From: an uncultured Spirochaetota bacterium
Lineage (GTDB): Bacteria > Spirochaetota > Spirochaetia > SZUA-6 > Fen-1364
Assembly: GCA_963745235.1 (NCBI GenBank)
Contig: CAVUXE010000028.1
Coordinates: 111,449-175,448 of the forward strand
Direction: 5' to 3'
Length of the DNA: 64,000 nt
Each line of letters starts with the position of its first letter. Within the stretch, counting starts at the first letter, position 1. The notes beneath the pieces were generated by a model. That model searched no databases. It was given only the letters and a program-made list of their open reading frames with translations, and was not told the origin of the DNA. Positions 10,033-20,618 of this stretch are shown here, one piece after another. Position numbers and translations under genes: made by a program.

Positions 10033-10929
10033 TCATCCTCCTGCCGTCCCTGACTTGAAGAGCCGAAGCTGGAAAATCGAAAATACAAGGAGAGTCACGA
10101 AAAACAGCACCGAGATGGCGGCTGAATAGCCGAACTTGCTGAACTCAAAAGCCTGGCGAAAGAGGAGCAGGGAGAGGATCTCGGTTGATCGGCTTGGTCC
10201 TCCCTTTGTAATGACGTACTGGATGGAGAACTGTCCGAAGGTGAAAATAACGCAGGATATCACGGCGAGGGCAATCGTGTTCCTTATGCTTGGAATCGTG
10301 ACGTAGTATAACTGGGCCCAGAACCCGGCTCCGTCCATCCGTGAGGCTTCATACAGGCTCACTGGCACATCGAGAAGCCCCGCAATATAGATCACCATGT
10401 AATAGCCAACCGACTTCCATACGAACGTAATGATGATTGCGTAGGGGGCCGCGGCGGTGCTGGTCAGCCACGCGGGGCTCGCTCCGAAGATTGCCCGAGT
10501 GACAATGGAGATGATCCCGGTGGATTGATACATGAACTCCCAGACGACGCCCACGGCCACGATGGACAGAATGACGGGAAGAAAGACAAGGGATTGAAGG
10601 AGGTTCTTGTGCTGGATCAAACGACTCCCAAACAGGAGAGCGAAGACGAATGCCATGAGATTGATTGCCACCACGCTGATCACGCTGAAATGGAGAGTCC
10701 GCAGGTACGAGTTGATGGTTTGCGGGTCGCTCACCATCGTTACAAAGTTCCTGAGGCCGACGAACTTCTGCGGAGTAAGCAAGTCCCACTGGAAGAATGA
10801 CAGGCGGAAAGCGCTCAGCATGGGATAGATGAGGAAGAGAGAGAAGAAGATGAGCGTCGGCAGGATGAACACGTAGCCATGTCTCTGCAGGCGTGTCACC
10901 GAATAGCTGGCCTTTTGCATGCGCCTCAC
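10033..10929 (-). CDS. Carbohydrate ABC transporter permease (MalF type)
   Basis: FVGLRNF, WKSVGYYMV, YEASRMDGA, TKGGP. Confidence 0.93.
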   Translation of the reverse strand: MRRMQKASYSVTRLQRHGYVFILPTLIFFSLFLIYPMLSAFRLSFFQWDLLTPQKFVGLRNFVTMVSDPQTINSYLRTLHFSVISVVAINLMAFVFALLFGSRLIQHKNLLQSLVFLPVILSIVAVGVVWEFMYQSTGIISIVTRAIFGASPAWLTSTAAAPYAIIITFVWKSVGYYMVIYIAGLLDVPVSLYEASRMDGAGFWAQLYYVTIPSIRNTIALAVISCVIFTFGQFSIQYVITKGGPSRSTEILSLLLFRQAFEFSKFGYSAAISVLFFVTLLVFSIFQLRLFKSGTAGG

Positions 10930-10991
10930 TCTGTGCTCTTTGGGAAAAAGGGCGTCCCCGACGAGATGTCAGGGACGCGCGCAGGGACCCT

Positions 10992-12284
10992 CTACTGGTA
11001 AATGCCTTTCACGTCGCTCTGCAATTGCGTGACGGAGTCTTCAACGCCTACGTTCTGGTAAATAACGCGCGAAATCGCGTCCCACACCGCAGACGTGACC
11101 TGGTTGCCCTTGGTAGAGGACAGCCACACTGATGGTTTCGCAAGCTCTCCCTTGAAAACCTGGTCATAATAGGGGATGTACTTTCGGGCGAGAGTCGGAT
11201 CAAGAGCCTGCTTGCCGTTCGAAAGCCACATGCGCGGCTGATGCAGGCCTTGCTTGATGAACTCGTTTGGCTGGCTCGTCATGGTGTCAAGCCACTCGAA
11301 AGTCAGCGCTGGATCCTTGGCAAGACGCGAAACGTAGAGGGCGTTGCCATATCCCATCCCGCCGATATCCTTTCCGTCAGGGAAGCGCGGATACGGGAAG
11401 GGTTGCACGTCCTTGCGCTTCACAGAGTAGGTGTCCAGGACGCCCCAATACCAGGTGCCGCCCGTAAGGAAAATGCCGGACTTTCCCGTCCCGAATCCCT
11501 CGCGGTCATTGTTTGCAAGGGCAGGATCCCAGATCTTGTCCGTGGTCACGAAATCAGTGTACGTCTTCAACCCGCGGACGAGCGCGTCGGTCTGGTCCAT
11601 GGAAGCGATCATGCCTTTCTCCGTTCCCCAGTCCAGCCCGAGCTGCTCCATCATCGCAGAGATGACCAGGAAATTGAAGATCCCTTCCTTGGAATTGCAC
11701 ATGAACCCGTTCCGCACGGTGACGCCGTTGTCCACTTTCACCAGCTTCTTGGCGACGGCCACGAAATCCGCCCAGGTCTTGGGAATATCCGTCTTGGGGT
11801 TCAGGCCCGCTTCCTTCATGTAGGCAACGTTGATCCACCCCACATAGTCGGACAGCTCGAACGGGATCCCGTAGTACTTGCCGTCCCAGTATCCACCGCA
11901 GGTCTGGATTGCCCCCGGGGTCCACATCTTGACCACGTCATCGATGGATGACTTGCCGAATCCCTTCGGATCGATAGGGACCGCCTGACCTGCCGAGAGG
12001 AACTCCGCCGACTCTCCGTTGGTCAGCGCGAAGCTGTCGATCTGCCCATTGGCGGCCAGGACGGTGCGGATAATGTTCGCGCGGTCCCCGTCGGGCAGCA
12101 GAAGGAGCTTCACCTCCACGTCGGGGTGCTTCTTTTCAAAGATTTTCACCGCATTGAGGTCGATCGGGTCGTAGATCGTCTCTGTCCAGTGGTAGTGCAC
12201 GATCACCTTCTTGGGTGCAGCCCCCCAGCTAAAGGCAACAAGCACCAGGAATCCCACGATGCAGAAAAGCAATCGCTTCACCAT
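10992..12284 (-). CDS. Sugar ABC substrate-binding protein
   Basis: ATG at 12284 after GGAGGG; signal peptide MVKRLLFCIVGFLVLVAFSWGA, FEKKHPDVEV, DGKYYGIPF. Confidence 0.88.
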   Translation of the reverse strand: MVKRLLFCIVGFLVLVAFSWGAAPKKVIVHYHWTETIYDPIDLNAVKIFEKKHPDVEVKLLLLPDGDRANIIRTVLAANGQIDSFALTNGESAEFLSAGQAVPIDPKGFGKSSIDDVVKMWTPGAIQTCGGYWDGKYYGIPFELSDYVGWINVAYMKEAGLNPKTDIPKTWADFVAVAKKLVKVDNGVTVRNGFMCNSKEGIFNFLVISAMMEQLGLDWGTEKGMIASMDQTDALVRGLKTYTDFVTTDKIWDPALANNDREGFGTGKSGIFLTGGTWYWGVLDTYSVKRKDVQPFPYPRFPDGKDIGGMGYGNALYVSRLAKDPALTFEWLDTMTSQPNEFIKQGLHQPRMWLSNGKQALDPTLARKYIPYYDQVFKGELAKPSVWLSSTKGNQVTSAVWDAISRVIYQNVGVEDSVTQLQSDVKGIYQ

Positions 12285-12363
12285 ACACCCTCCCCTATGG
12301 CACCGGGCCGAGGCCGCGGTCCAACGAAGTCTTTCTTGCGGTCCCAACGGGGCCGTCCGGATC

Positions 12364-13605
12364 TCACAACCCTTCCATGCTCTCCTTGAATGCTGCCGCG
12401 AAAACCTTCGCCTTCTGGTCGATCTCAGCATCCGTGGAATGCGGGTGGACACCGAAGGCCGCGCCCAGCCCCTTGTCCACAACGCCAACGGAGATGTTGA
12501 TTGCCCGTCCGAGGATGTCGTCCGTGCGCGGGAGCATTCCCTTTCGATATTCCTGCTGGCAGGGATAGCAAGAGCAGTTGTACGGGCACCCACGTTCTAT
12601 GATCATCTTCTTGCCAAGAATCTGCTCCATGTTGTTGTACACGTGCCACCCTGACTTTGTTACTGTCGTGGTGCCTATCTTCAGCGCCAATCTTTCCGCA
12701 ACCTGAGCCGTGGGAAGGATGACAGTCAGCAGCGTGCTGCATTCGCCGGCGTCGTCATTGATCTTTCGAAAGCCAAGGCCCGGCAATTTCTCGATCTTCG
12801 ATTTGAAACGCTCCTTTATTTCGCGCAATCGCTTCATGATGACGTCCAGCCGTCGAAACTGGGCAATCAGAACAGCACCTGTCAATTCGTTCATTCGGTA
12901 GTTTTGCCCAACGATCGAACGGTTGCCGATCTCCACTCCCGAGCGGCTTGGAAAGTGCCCCTGGTCGTGGTAACCGAAGGCCCGGAAGTACAGGGAATCA
13001 TCATCGGTCACGAGCATACCGCCGTCACCCGCGTTGATCGTCTTGAAGATGTTGAAGGAGTAGATCCCGATCTTCCCCAGCGTGCCGAGGCTCTTCTTTC
13101 CATAGCTGCCTCCGAAGGCCTGGGCGGCGTCTTCGATGAGGATGAGACCGTGTTTCTCCGCTATTGCACGAAGGCGATTCAGATCACACGGATTGCCCAG
13201 CATATGAACCGCCATTATTGCCCTGGTGCGCGGCGTTATCTTCTTCTCAACATCCGCAGGGTCGAGGCTGAGGCTGTCGTCGATCTCAGCGAGGACCGGA
13301 ACCGCTCGAGCGATGATGATGGAGGATATTGAAGCGATGAAGGTGTATCCGGGAACGATGACCTCATCTCCCGGACCGATTCCGAGGGCGGAGAGCGCGG
13401 TAATCAGGGCGGCGGTGCCGGAGGTTACAGCCAGGGCATGCTTCACGGCGAACTTCTGCTCCACCATTTCCTCGAGAGTCTTGACTTTCCGCACAAATGC
13501 GGGATCTTTTTCGTCCCCATATCGGAAGAGCCACCTGTTACGCAGAACTTCCAGGACTTCTTTCTCTTCTTCTTTGCCTATCCATTCAAAGCCAGGTCCT
13601 GGCAT
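12364..13605 (-). CDS. DegT/DnrJ/EryC1/StrS PLP sugar aminotransferase (KdnA-like N-terminus)
   Basis: ATG at 13605 after GGAGG; SGTAAL, GPGDEVIVPGYTFIAS, IEDAAQA, SFNIFKT (PLP Lys), GDGG, NYRMNE. Confidence 0.92.
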   Translation of the reverse strand: MPGPGFEWIGKEEEKEVLEVLRNRWLFRYGDEKDPAFVRKVKTLEEMVEQKFAVKHALAVTSGTAALITALSALGIGPGDEVIVPGYTFIASISSIIIARAVPVLAEIDDSLSLDPADVEKKITPRTRAIMAVHMLGNPCDLNRLRAIAEKHGLILIEDAAQAFGGSYGKKSLGTLGKIGIYSFNIFKTINAGDGGMLVTDDDSLYFRAFGYHDQGHFPSRSGVEIGNRSIVGQNYRMNELTGAVLIAQFRRLDVIMKRLREIKERFKSKIEKLPGLGFRKINDDAGECSTLLTVILPTAQVAERLALKIGTTTVTKSGWHVYNNMEQILGKKMIIERGCPYNCSCYPCQQEYRKGMLPRTDDILGRAINISVGVVDKGLGAAFGVHPHSTDAEIDQKAKVFAAAFKESMEGL

Positions 13606-13720
13606 GGACGAACCTCCGTTCGGTGTAATTGGCAGCAAGATCTTAGCACAAACTTGCATGATGTCAACCTTTAAATCCAAAAATGTAAGAAAACGTTCGA
13701 TATTCCTCGTTAAGTTGTGA

Positions 13721-13748
13721 TAGTTAAATGCTTTTTTAGTTAAACTAA
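13721..13748. promoter_or_regulatory. Putative ROK operator in divergent promoter region
   Basis: Perfect palindrome TTAGTT-A-AACTAA (13736-13748) plus direct repeat TAGTTAAA (13721, 13737) in the AT-rich gap before the ROK gene. Confidence 0.5.
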
Positions 13749-13800
13749 TTCTCTTTTCCCTTTCAAAACAGCTAATTTCGTGTTAGCCTTGACATAATTT

Positions 13801-15027
13801 ATGAGCTCAGGAACTGGCAAAGATATTGATGCTGCAATCCTGCAAGCGATCTATGCCCTTGGGACTCCGACACGAAACGAGATCGCGGACTTTACGAACC
13901 TGAGCGCTGTATCCGTCACCAAATCGCTTACCAGGCTGATTCCGCAGGGTCTGGCTGAAAGATGCGGCAAGAGAGGGTCCAAAGCTGGCAGGCCGACCGT
14001 ACTTTACCGGCTCGGACCTGCTGCGGGGTACTCGGTAGGGGTCTCAATCGATGTTGCAGGCTTTCGCTTGACCGCGATCGATGTGCGGCATGAGCTACTC
14101 CTTGAACGCGGCGGGTTGTTGTCACTTTCAGCTGATCCTTCGCTTCACGCCGAAGAGATAGTCTCAAAAGTCACCGCGGAGCTTCGGAGCTTCGTCGCCG
14201 CGCCGGAACTTGCGGATCGACGGCTTGTTGCAGTCGGAATTGCGCCCCCTGGAATAGTGGACACACAGAAGGGCATTTGGCTCCACGGGCTGCGGATCAC
14301 CGGCGTCCTCCACGTGGCCCTTGGCGAAACCTTGCGAAGGCTTTTCGGCGTCTCCGTCCTTGTGGAGGATGGGGCTCGATGCCTCGCCTATAGAGAGGCA
14401 ACACGACGGCCGAGGGATGACGCGCGGAATCTCGTCTATTTCTATCTCGGTTCAGGCGTCGGGGCCGGTATTATCATCGATGGCAAGCCATTCTACGGAT
14501 GCCGCGGCATGGCGGGGGAAGTCGGCCATCTCATCGTGGAAGAGGGAGGGGTACGGTGCAGCTGTGGCAACGTAGGTTGCCTGGAAACGGTAATCTCCTG
14601 CTCCGCGGTTCTCAGCAGATTCAGGGAAAGACTGTCTGAGGGGGTAATCTCCTCGTTGCAGAGGTTTCGCGACGACGGTCGCCTGAGCCTGCAGGTGATC
14701 AAGGACGCCGCGGATGAGGGCGACAAGCTTGCAAAATCAACTCTCTTCGAGCTGGGCAGGTTTCTGGGCGACGCGGTGAGCAAGGTCATCAAGCTCTTCA
14801 ATCCAAGGGAATTGATAATCGGCGGTCCGGTCGCGTTGCTGGGAGAGCACATTCGAGAGTCCTTATGGATAGAGCTCAGGGAGAAGGTCATGCCTGAAAT
14901 GCTTGTCGATCTCAGTTTGGAAATGTCCCCAACGAAGGTGGGCGATGAGACACTAGGCGCAGCGATGCTTGCTGAAAGGCACTTCTGGAAGCACATTGGT
15001 GCGACGGACAGGGAGATCTCAGAATGA
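13801..15027 (+). CDS. ROK family transcriptional regulator
   Basis: N-terminal HTH with GRPT, GSGVGAG, GEVGH, CSCGNVGCLE zinc motif. Confidence 0.94.
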   Translation: MSSGTGKDIDAAILQAIYALGTPTRNEIADFTNLSAVSVTKSLTRLIPQGLAERCGKRGSKAGRPTVLYRLGPAAGYSVGVSIDVAGFRLTAIDVRHELLLERGGLLSLSADPSLHAEEIVSKVTAELRSFVAAPELADRRLVAVGIAPPGIVDTQKGIWLHGLRITGVLHVALGETLRRLFGVSVLVEDGARCLAYREATRRPRDDARNLVYFYLGSGVGAGIIIDGKPFYGCRGMAGEVGHLIVEEGGVRCSCGNVGCLETVISCSAVLSRFRERLSEGVISSLQRFRDDGRLSLQVIKDAADEGDKLAKSTLFELGRFLGDAVSKVIKLFNPRELIIGGPVALLGEHIRESLWIELREKVMPEMLVDLSLEMSPTKVGDETLGAAMLAERHFWKHIGATDREISE

Positions 15028-16391
15028 CGCTTGAATCGATCAATCCAACCACGGGCCAGAGGATCCGGGTTTACACGGGTGCCTCACGCGCCGAAGTCTC
15101 TACCAATCTCGCTGCCGCCTCCGCCGCCTCTCTGCGATGGAGCAAAGCAGGCATGGCCGAACGCGCGACCTTTATGCGCAATGCCGCGCGGATCCTTCGG
15201 GAATCGAAAGAAAAATGGGCGGTGCTCATGGCGGAGGAAATGGGGAAGCCGGTCGCCCAAGGGGTCGCAGAGGCAGAAAAGTCCGCCTGGGCCTGCGACT
15301 ATTTCGCCGACAACGGGGAGGCTTTTCTCGCGCCGGTGGAAATAGCGGCGGATACACGCAAAAGCTACGTCGCCTTCCAACCGCTTGGCGTCATTCTTGC
15401 GGTCATGCCGTGGAACTTTCCGTTCTGGCAGGTCTTCCGCGCGGCTGCACCCGCGCTCATGGCTGGGAACGCAATGGTCCTCAAGCATGCCTCGAACGTG
15501 TGCGGATGCTCGATGGCAATCCAGGCGATATTCGAAGAAGCGGGATTTCCAACAGGCGTGTTCAGCAGCTTGCTCCTGGACTCTGGTGAGGTCGCTGCCC
15601 TGATCAAAGACCGGCGGATTCAAGCCGTTACGCTGACGGGCAGTACAGAAGCAGGAAGGTCAGTGGCCCGGACCGCCGGTGAAGCGCTGAAGAAGGTTGT
15701 GCTCGAGTTGGGGGGAAGCGACCCCTACCTGATTCTTGAGGACGCCGACCTGGAGCTGGCAGCAAGCAGCTGCGCGGCAGGCAAGTTGATCAATTCCGGA
15801 CAGAGCTGTATTGCGGTAAAAAGAATAATCGTCGTGCAGAGCATCAAGACGCGGTTCGAGGAGCTCCTGCTCCAACGCATGGGGGAATACAAAATAGGCA
15901 ACCCCCTCGACAGCACCACGCAGATCGGACCGCTTGCAAAAGCCGATATTCGCGACGCGGTCTCCGTTCAGGTCGAGCGCAGCATCTCCGCGGGCGCGCG
16001 ATGCATCATGGGCGGAAAGATCCCGAGAACGGCCGGCTTCTTCTACCCTCCGACCGTCCTTACTGATGTCCATCGAGGAATGGCGGTTTTCGACCAGGAG
16101 GTATTTGGCCCGGTCGCCGCAATCATTCCCGTTGACAACGAGGCCGAGGCTGTTGACTGCGCCAACGATTCTTCTTATGGCCTGGGCGCGGGCATATTCA
16201 CACGAGATCTCAAGAGAGGCGAGCGCATCGCCAGAGAAGAGTTGATGGCAGGCAGTTGCTTCGTGAATGCATATGTTCGCTCGGATCCGCGGCTTCCTTT
16301 CGGCGGCATCAGAGAGAGTGGATTCGGACGGGAGCTTTCGTCATTCGGTATCCGTGAGTTCGTGAACATCAAGACCGTCTACATTCAATAG
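15024..16391 (+). CDS. NAD(P)-dependent aldehyde dehydrogenase, succinate-semialdehyde dehydrogenase (Sad/GabD1) type
   Basis: MPWNFPFWQ, LTGS, LELGGSDP, NSGQSC, EVFGPV, PFGGIRESGFGRE. Confidence 0.92.
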   Translation: MTLESINPTTGQRIRVYTGASRAEVSTNLAAASAASLRWSKAGMAERATFMRNAARILRESKEKWAVLMAEEMGKPVAQGVAEAEKSAWACDYFADNGEAFLAPVEIAADTRKSYVAFQPLGVILAVMPWNFPFWQVFRAAAPALMAGNAMVLKHASNVCGCSMAIQAIFEEAGFPTGVFSSLLLDSGEVAALIKDRRIQAVTLTGSTEAGRSVARTAGEALKKVVLELGGSDPYLILEDADLELAASSCAAGKLINSGQSCIAVKRIIVVQSIKTRFEELLLQRMGEYKIGNPLDSTTQIGPLAKADIRDAVSVQVERSISAGARCIMGGKIPRTAGFFYPPTVLTDVHRGMAVFDQEVFGPVAAIIPVDNEAEAVDCANDSSYGLGAGIFTRDLKRGERIAREELMAGSCFVNAYVRSDPRLPFGGIRESGFGRELSSFGIREFVNIKTVYIQ

Positions 16392-16473
16392 TTGCCCCTT
16401 AAGGGCAACACCGACCGTTGTTCGACGGCCCCCCCTCTCGTAAGAACCACATATTTTGGCTCCGGCTTCGCAG

Positions 16474-16545
16474 TTGACAGTTCAAAACAATTAGAATTAT
16501 GATTCGACCAATAGAATACTCGACCATAATATATCTTTGGTCGAA
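16474..16545 (+). promoter_or_regulatory. Sigma-70 promoter with adjacent TetR operator
   Basis: TTGACA (16474)-N18-TATGAT (16498); inverted repeat TCGACCA-N11-TGGTCGA (16520-16544) and a further TTCGACCAA half-site at 16503. Confidence 0.65.
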
Positions 16546-16572
16546 ATAAGCAGTCTGGGAGGTTAGCATTAA

Positions 16573-17160
16573 ATGCACGGCAAAACGTATGAAGATCAAA
16601 AGGCTTCAGTGGTCCAAGGCGCTGCATTAGTTATTCAGCAGTTCGGTTTTGGAAAGACAACCATGAACGACATTGCGAGAGCCCTCCACATGGGAAAAAG
16701 CTCTCTCTACCACTATTTCACCAGCAAAGAGGACATTTTCCTCGAGGTCTTCAAGAACGAAGTTGCGGAGCTTCGAGACGAGTTCCTCAAGGCAATCGAC
16801 GCTGAACGGACCCCGGAAGGCAAGATCCGCGCGTACATCCTGAAACGCACGGAAATGTACCGTCGGAAACTGGACCAGCACATGGAGTTCATTGAAGCCA
16901 CCACGGAACGCTACGAGCTGCTCCTGAGAATCCACCAGATGTTCGACCCGGATGAGATCCGGATCATTTCCAGCATCCTCGAACAGGGAGTTGCCGAGGC
17001 ACGATTCTCGATTCGAGACATCCCCACCACGGCAACCGCCATGGTCACGGCTTTTCGAGCCTTCGAGTACCCCTTTCCCCCAGCCCTGCAGCCCGCGGAT
17101 ACGGAGAAGACCCTGGATTCCCTGCTCGAAGTCGTCTTTCAAGGGCTTCTCAGAAGGTGA
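16573..17160 (+). CDS. TetR/AcrR family regulator
   Basis: GFGKTTMNDIARALHMGKSSLYHYFTSKEDIF HTH. Confidence 0.94.
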   Translation: MHGKTYEDQKASVVQGAALVIQQFGFGKTTMNDIARALHMGKSSLYHYFTSKEDIFLEVFKNEVAELRDEFLKAIDAERTPEGKIRAYILKRTEMYRRKLDQHMEFIEATTERYELLLRIHQMFDPDEIRIISSILEQGVAEARFSIRDIPTTATAMVTAFRAFEYPFPPALQPADTEKTLDSLLEVVFQGLLRR

Positions 17161-17163
17161 CAG

Positions 17164-19838
17164 ATGAAACGACTGGCGGGTTTCGTTTTTCGCAATCGCG
17201 CGTCGATCATCGTTGTCTTTCTTGTCCTTACCGCGTTCTTCGCGTTCTGGATCAAGGATCTCAAGCTCAACAGCGACAGCATCTCGTATCTGCCGAAGGA
17301 TGACGCGGCTGTCCAGCTCTTCAATCACCTGGGAGACACTTTCAAGCAGAACGACGTGGTAGTGGTCGCCGTGGAGTCGGGAGACGTCTTCACCGCCCGG
17401 ACGCTCCAGGACGTGGACCGCCTGACACAGGCGTTCCAGGCCGTGGACGGCGTCTCCACCGTTCTCAGCCTTGCCGACATGATGGACATCCGCAAGGCAC
17501 CGGACGGCGGGATCGAGATCGGGAGGCTCTTCGAGCCGGGAAGCGCGCCGACAGCGCCGGACCGGATTCGGGCCCTGCGGGCCACGGTCATGGGAAATGA
17601 GAGATACCGCGGAGGCCTCGTCTCAAGGAACGGCCGTGCGACGCTTATCGTCTGCCAGATCAGGTCAGATGCCCGGGCGGGCTCCATCGTCGAGCACCTG
17701 AAGGCGGCCGCCGCGGCCAGCCGCGCGGAGGAAAAGCTGTACTTCGGCGGGAACCCGCTGCTGGCCACGGAGCTCAGCTCCGTCATGCTTCGTGACCTGC
17801 GGGTCCTGATTCCCGTTGTTTCCTTCCTTATCATCCTCACGCTCTTCTTTGCGTTCGGCACCATCCGGGGGGTCCTCATTCCCCTCGGCTCGGTCCTTAT
17901 GAGCGCGGTCTGGATCATGGGCTTCATGGCCCTGGTGAAGGTGCCGCTGACACTCGTCTCGAGCATCATTCCAGCCCTGCTCGTGGCAATAGGGACGGCG
18001 CCCTGCATCCATATCCTCAGCAAGTTCGATGAGGACGTCAGCCGATACGGAAACCGTGGAGAGGAATCCCAAGGCGCCTTTCGCGAGGTGGGCACCCGCG
18101 TTGTCCTGGCGGCCCTCACGATCGTCCTTGGCTTCTCCTCGTTCATTGCAGGCTCATACCTTACGACCATCCGGGACTTCGGAATCTTCGCTTCAGTCGG
18201 CGTCATTTTCTCCCTGCTGATCTCCATCATGTTCGTGCCGGCAGTGCTCGGCTCCATGAAGGTTTCCCCTCGCCGTTACCGGCGCGGCGAGGGCCGTCTC
18301 ATCCCGAGACTCATGGCGACGTGGGCCGGCATCGTAGTCCGTCACCGAAAGACAATCATCGCGGCGAGCGCGCTCATCCTTCTGCTGGGGATGGCCGGGC
18401 ATCCCCCTGATCAGGCGCGAATCTGAGTTCACCACGTTCCTCGATCAGAAAAACCCCGTGCGGGTCACAGAGGCGCTCCTGCAGCGGGATTTCGGCGGCT
18501 CACGTCCGCTGGAGGTCGATTTCACGGGAGACCTCACAAATCCGTTCGTCCTCAAAGAGATGCTTCGATTCGAGAGGTTCATTGCCGGCCAGCATCTTGC
18601 GAACAACCCGCTCTCCCTCGCTGACCTGATCGCTGAGATGAACGATCTCATCGACAACCACAAGACCGTTCCGGATGACCGGGCAAGGGTTTCGAACCTG
18701 ATGTTCATGCTGGAAGGCCAGGATATTGTGAACGGCCTCGTGAGCGAGAACCGGGACGAAGGCCAGATTCAGTCCATGGTAGGTCTCCTGGACAGCGCAC
18801 GGCTCAAGGGGATGATCGCAGTCCCTGGACCGGTATATCCGCTCCATGAACAGGGACCTCGTGGAGGTGCGGATGGCGTCCCTGTCCCCGCAGGACCGCG
18901 CCGAGGTAACGCGGTATCGGACGCAGCGGGCATACGAAGAGCTGCTCTGGCTTATCCAGAAGCGAACGGGCAGGATCGAGTTCGATCCCACGCAAATGAA
19001 GGAGGAGATCACGTCCCTCTACCGGGACTCCTGGCCGTCGCCTGACCCGGACGCCGCCCTCTCCCGGGTCCTCCCTTTCACCCCGGCAGAGCTCCAGGAA
19101 AACAAGGACTTCCGGTCGGAGGTGGAGGGAGAGCTTGCGGACCTGTCCCAGCTCGCAACCGCCGTGCCTGTGAAGCTGTTCCGCGCCTTGAGCATCTCAC
19201 GCGGGGCGCAGGCCACTCCTGAGCTCATCACGTTCAACGTTCGCTACACGGGCATGCCGCTCATTTCCTGGCATCTCGATCAGAGCGTCCTGTGGAGCCA
19301 GGCAGAAAGCCTTGCGATCGCAATCGTATTCATATTCATGCTCCTGGCTCTGAGGCTCCGGTCCTGGCGCGGCGGGCTCATGGGGCTCGCGCCGATTGTC
19401 CTCGCAGTCGTGCTGATGTTCGGCTTCATGGGCCTCACCGGCATCCCGATCAACGTGGCAACGGTCCTTGTCGGCTCCATCGCCCTGGGCATCGGGATCG
19501 ATTATTCGATCCATTTCAGCGTGAGGTTCTCGACGTACTACCGAGGTCCTTCCACCGCCGCGGCGGCTGTCGCAAAGACCATCCAGACCACGGGTCTGGC
19601 AATCATCATCAACGTGCTCGCCGTCACCATGGGGTTCATCGCACTCCTGTTCGCCGATCTTCTGCCGCTGCGGCAATTCGGGATCCTGACCGCACTGGCG
19701 ATGATCGCCAGCGGCGCAGGCGCGTTGAGCCTGCTTCCCGCGCTGATGCTGAGCGCGCCCGCTGCATTCATGGGCAAGGGGTGGGAGAAGCTTCAACGAA
19801 GCACGACGGGGGCGGGCGAAGCAACGCAAAAGACGTGA
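17164..19838 (+). CDS. MMPL/RND family transporter, two frameshifts (~18398, ~18818)
   Basis: Three consecutive ORF segments rebuild the two-repeat MMPL topology; LGIGIDYSIHF, FGILTA. Confidence 0.85.
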
Positions 19839-19850
19839 AGGAGACATTCC

Positions 19851-20609
19851 ATGGGAAGAACAAAGACTATCATCGTCCTGGCAGCCGTTTTCTGTCTGAT
19901 GGGGGCGGCTGTCCCGGCCCTGGCGCAGGATACCGGTCTGACGGCAGCGCAGATCCTCGACAAGGTGGATGACGCGATCAACGGTCCGAAGGATCAAAGC
20001 TACACGGTTCACCTTGTCCTGATCGACAAGGACGGCTCGCAAAAGACACGGGAGATGATGATGCTCCAGAAGGGACGGCAAAAGCGCCTGGTGCGCTTCA
20101 CGGCGCCGGCAGACCAGCGCGGCATCGCATTCCTCTCCCTGCCGGGAGATCTTCAGTACCTGTACCTGCCCGCCTTCAACAAGGTGCGCAGGATCGCCAC
20201 TTCCGTGAAGAACACGAAGTTCGCCGGGACGGACTTCACCTATGACGATCTTGAGGCGGCGAGGTGGTCGGATAAATGGGTCCCCTCGATCAAGAGCAGG
20301 GATGAAGGCACGACCCTGCTGGAGCTGACTCCAAAGCCCGGCAGGACTTCAGACTACGCGAAACAGATCGTGACGGTTCTCGACGACAGCTTCTATCCTG
20401 TTCGCGTCGAGTACTACGACACGGTGGGGACCCTGGCAAAGGTGCTGGTCCGCGGGGACCTGAAGCGGGAGCAGGGATACTGGGTCGCAATGAGCACCTC
20501 CATGGAGGACCTCAAGAAGCAGCACAAGAGCCAGATGCTCGTATCCGACCTCAAGCTCGACTCCGGGATCGGAGACGAAAAGTTCACGGAGCGCTATCTC
20601 AGCCAGTAG
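19851..20609 (+). CDS. LolA-like 'outer membrane lipoprotein-sorting protein'
   Basis: Signal peptide; RFTAPADQRGIAFL, YLPAFNKVRRI, FAGTDFTYDDL; usual partner of MMPL genes. Confidence 0.88.
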   Translation: MGRTKTIIVLAAVFCLMGAAVPALAQDTGLTAAQILDKVDDAINGPKDQSYTVHLVLIDKDGSQKTREMMMLQKGRQKRLVRFTAPADQRGIAFLSLPGDLQYLYLPAFNKVRRIATSVKNTKFAGTDFTYDDLEAARWSDKWVPSIKSRDEGTTLLELTPKPGRTSDYAKQIVTVLDDSFYPVRVEYYDTVGTLAKVLVRGDLKREQGYWVAMSTSMEDLKKQHKSQMLVSDLKLDSGIGDEKFTERYLSQ

Positions 20610-20618
20610 GAGCACCTC

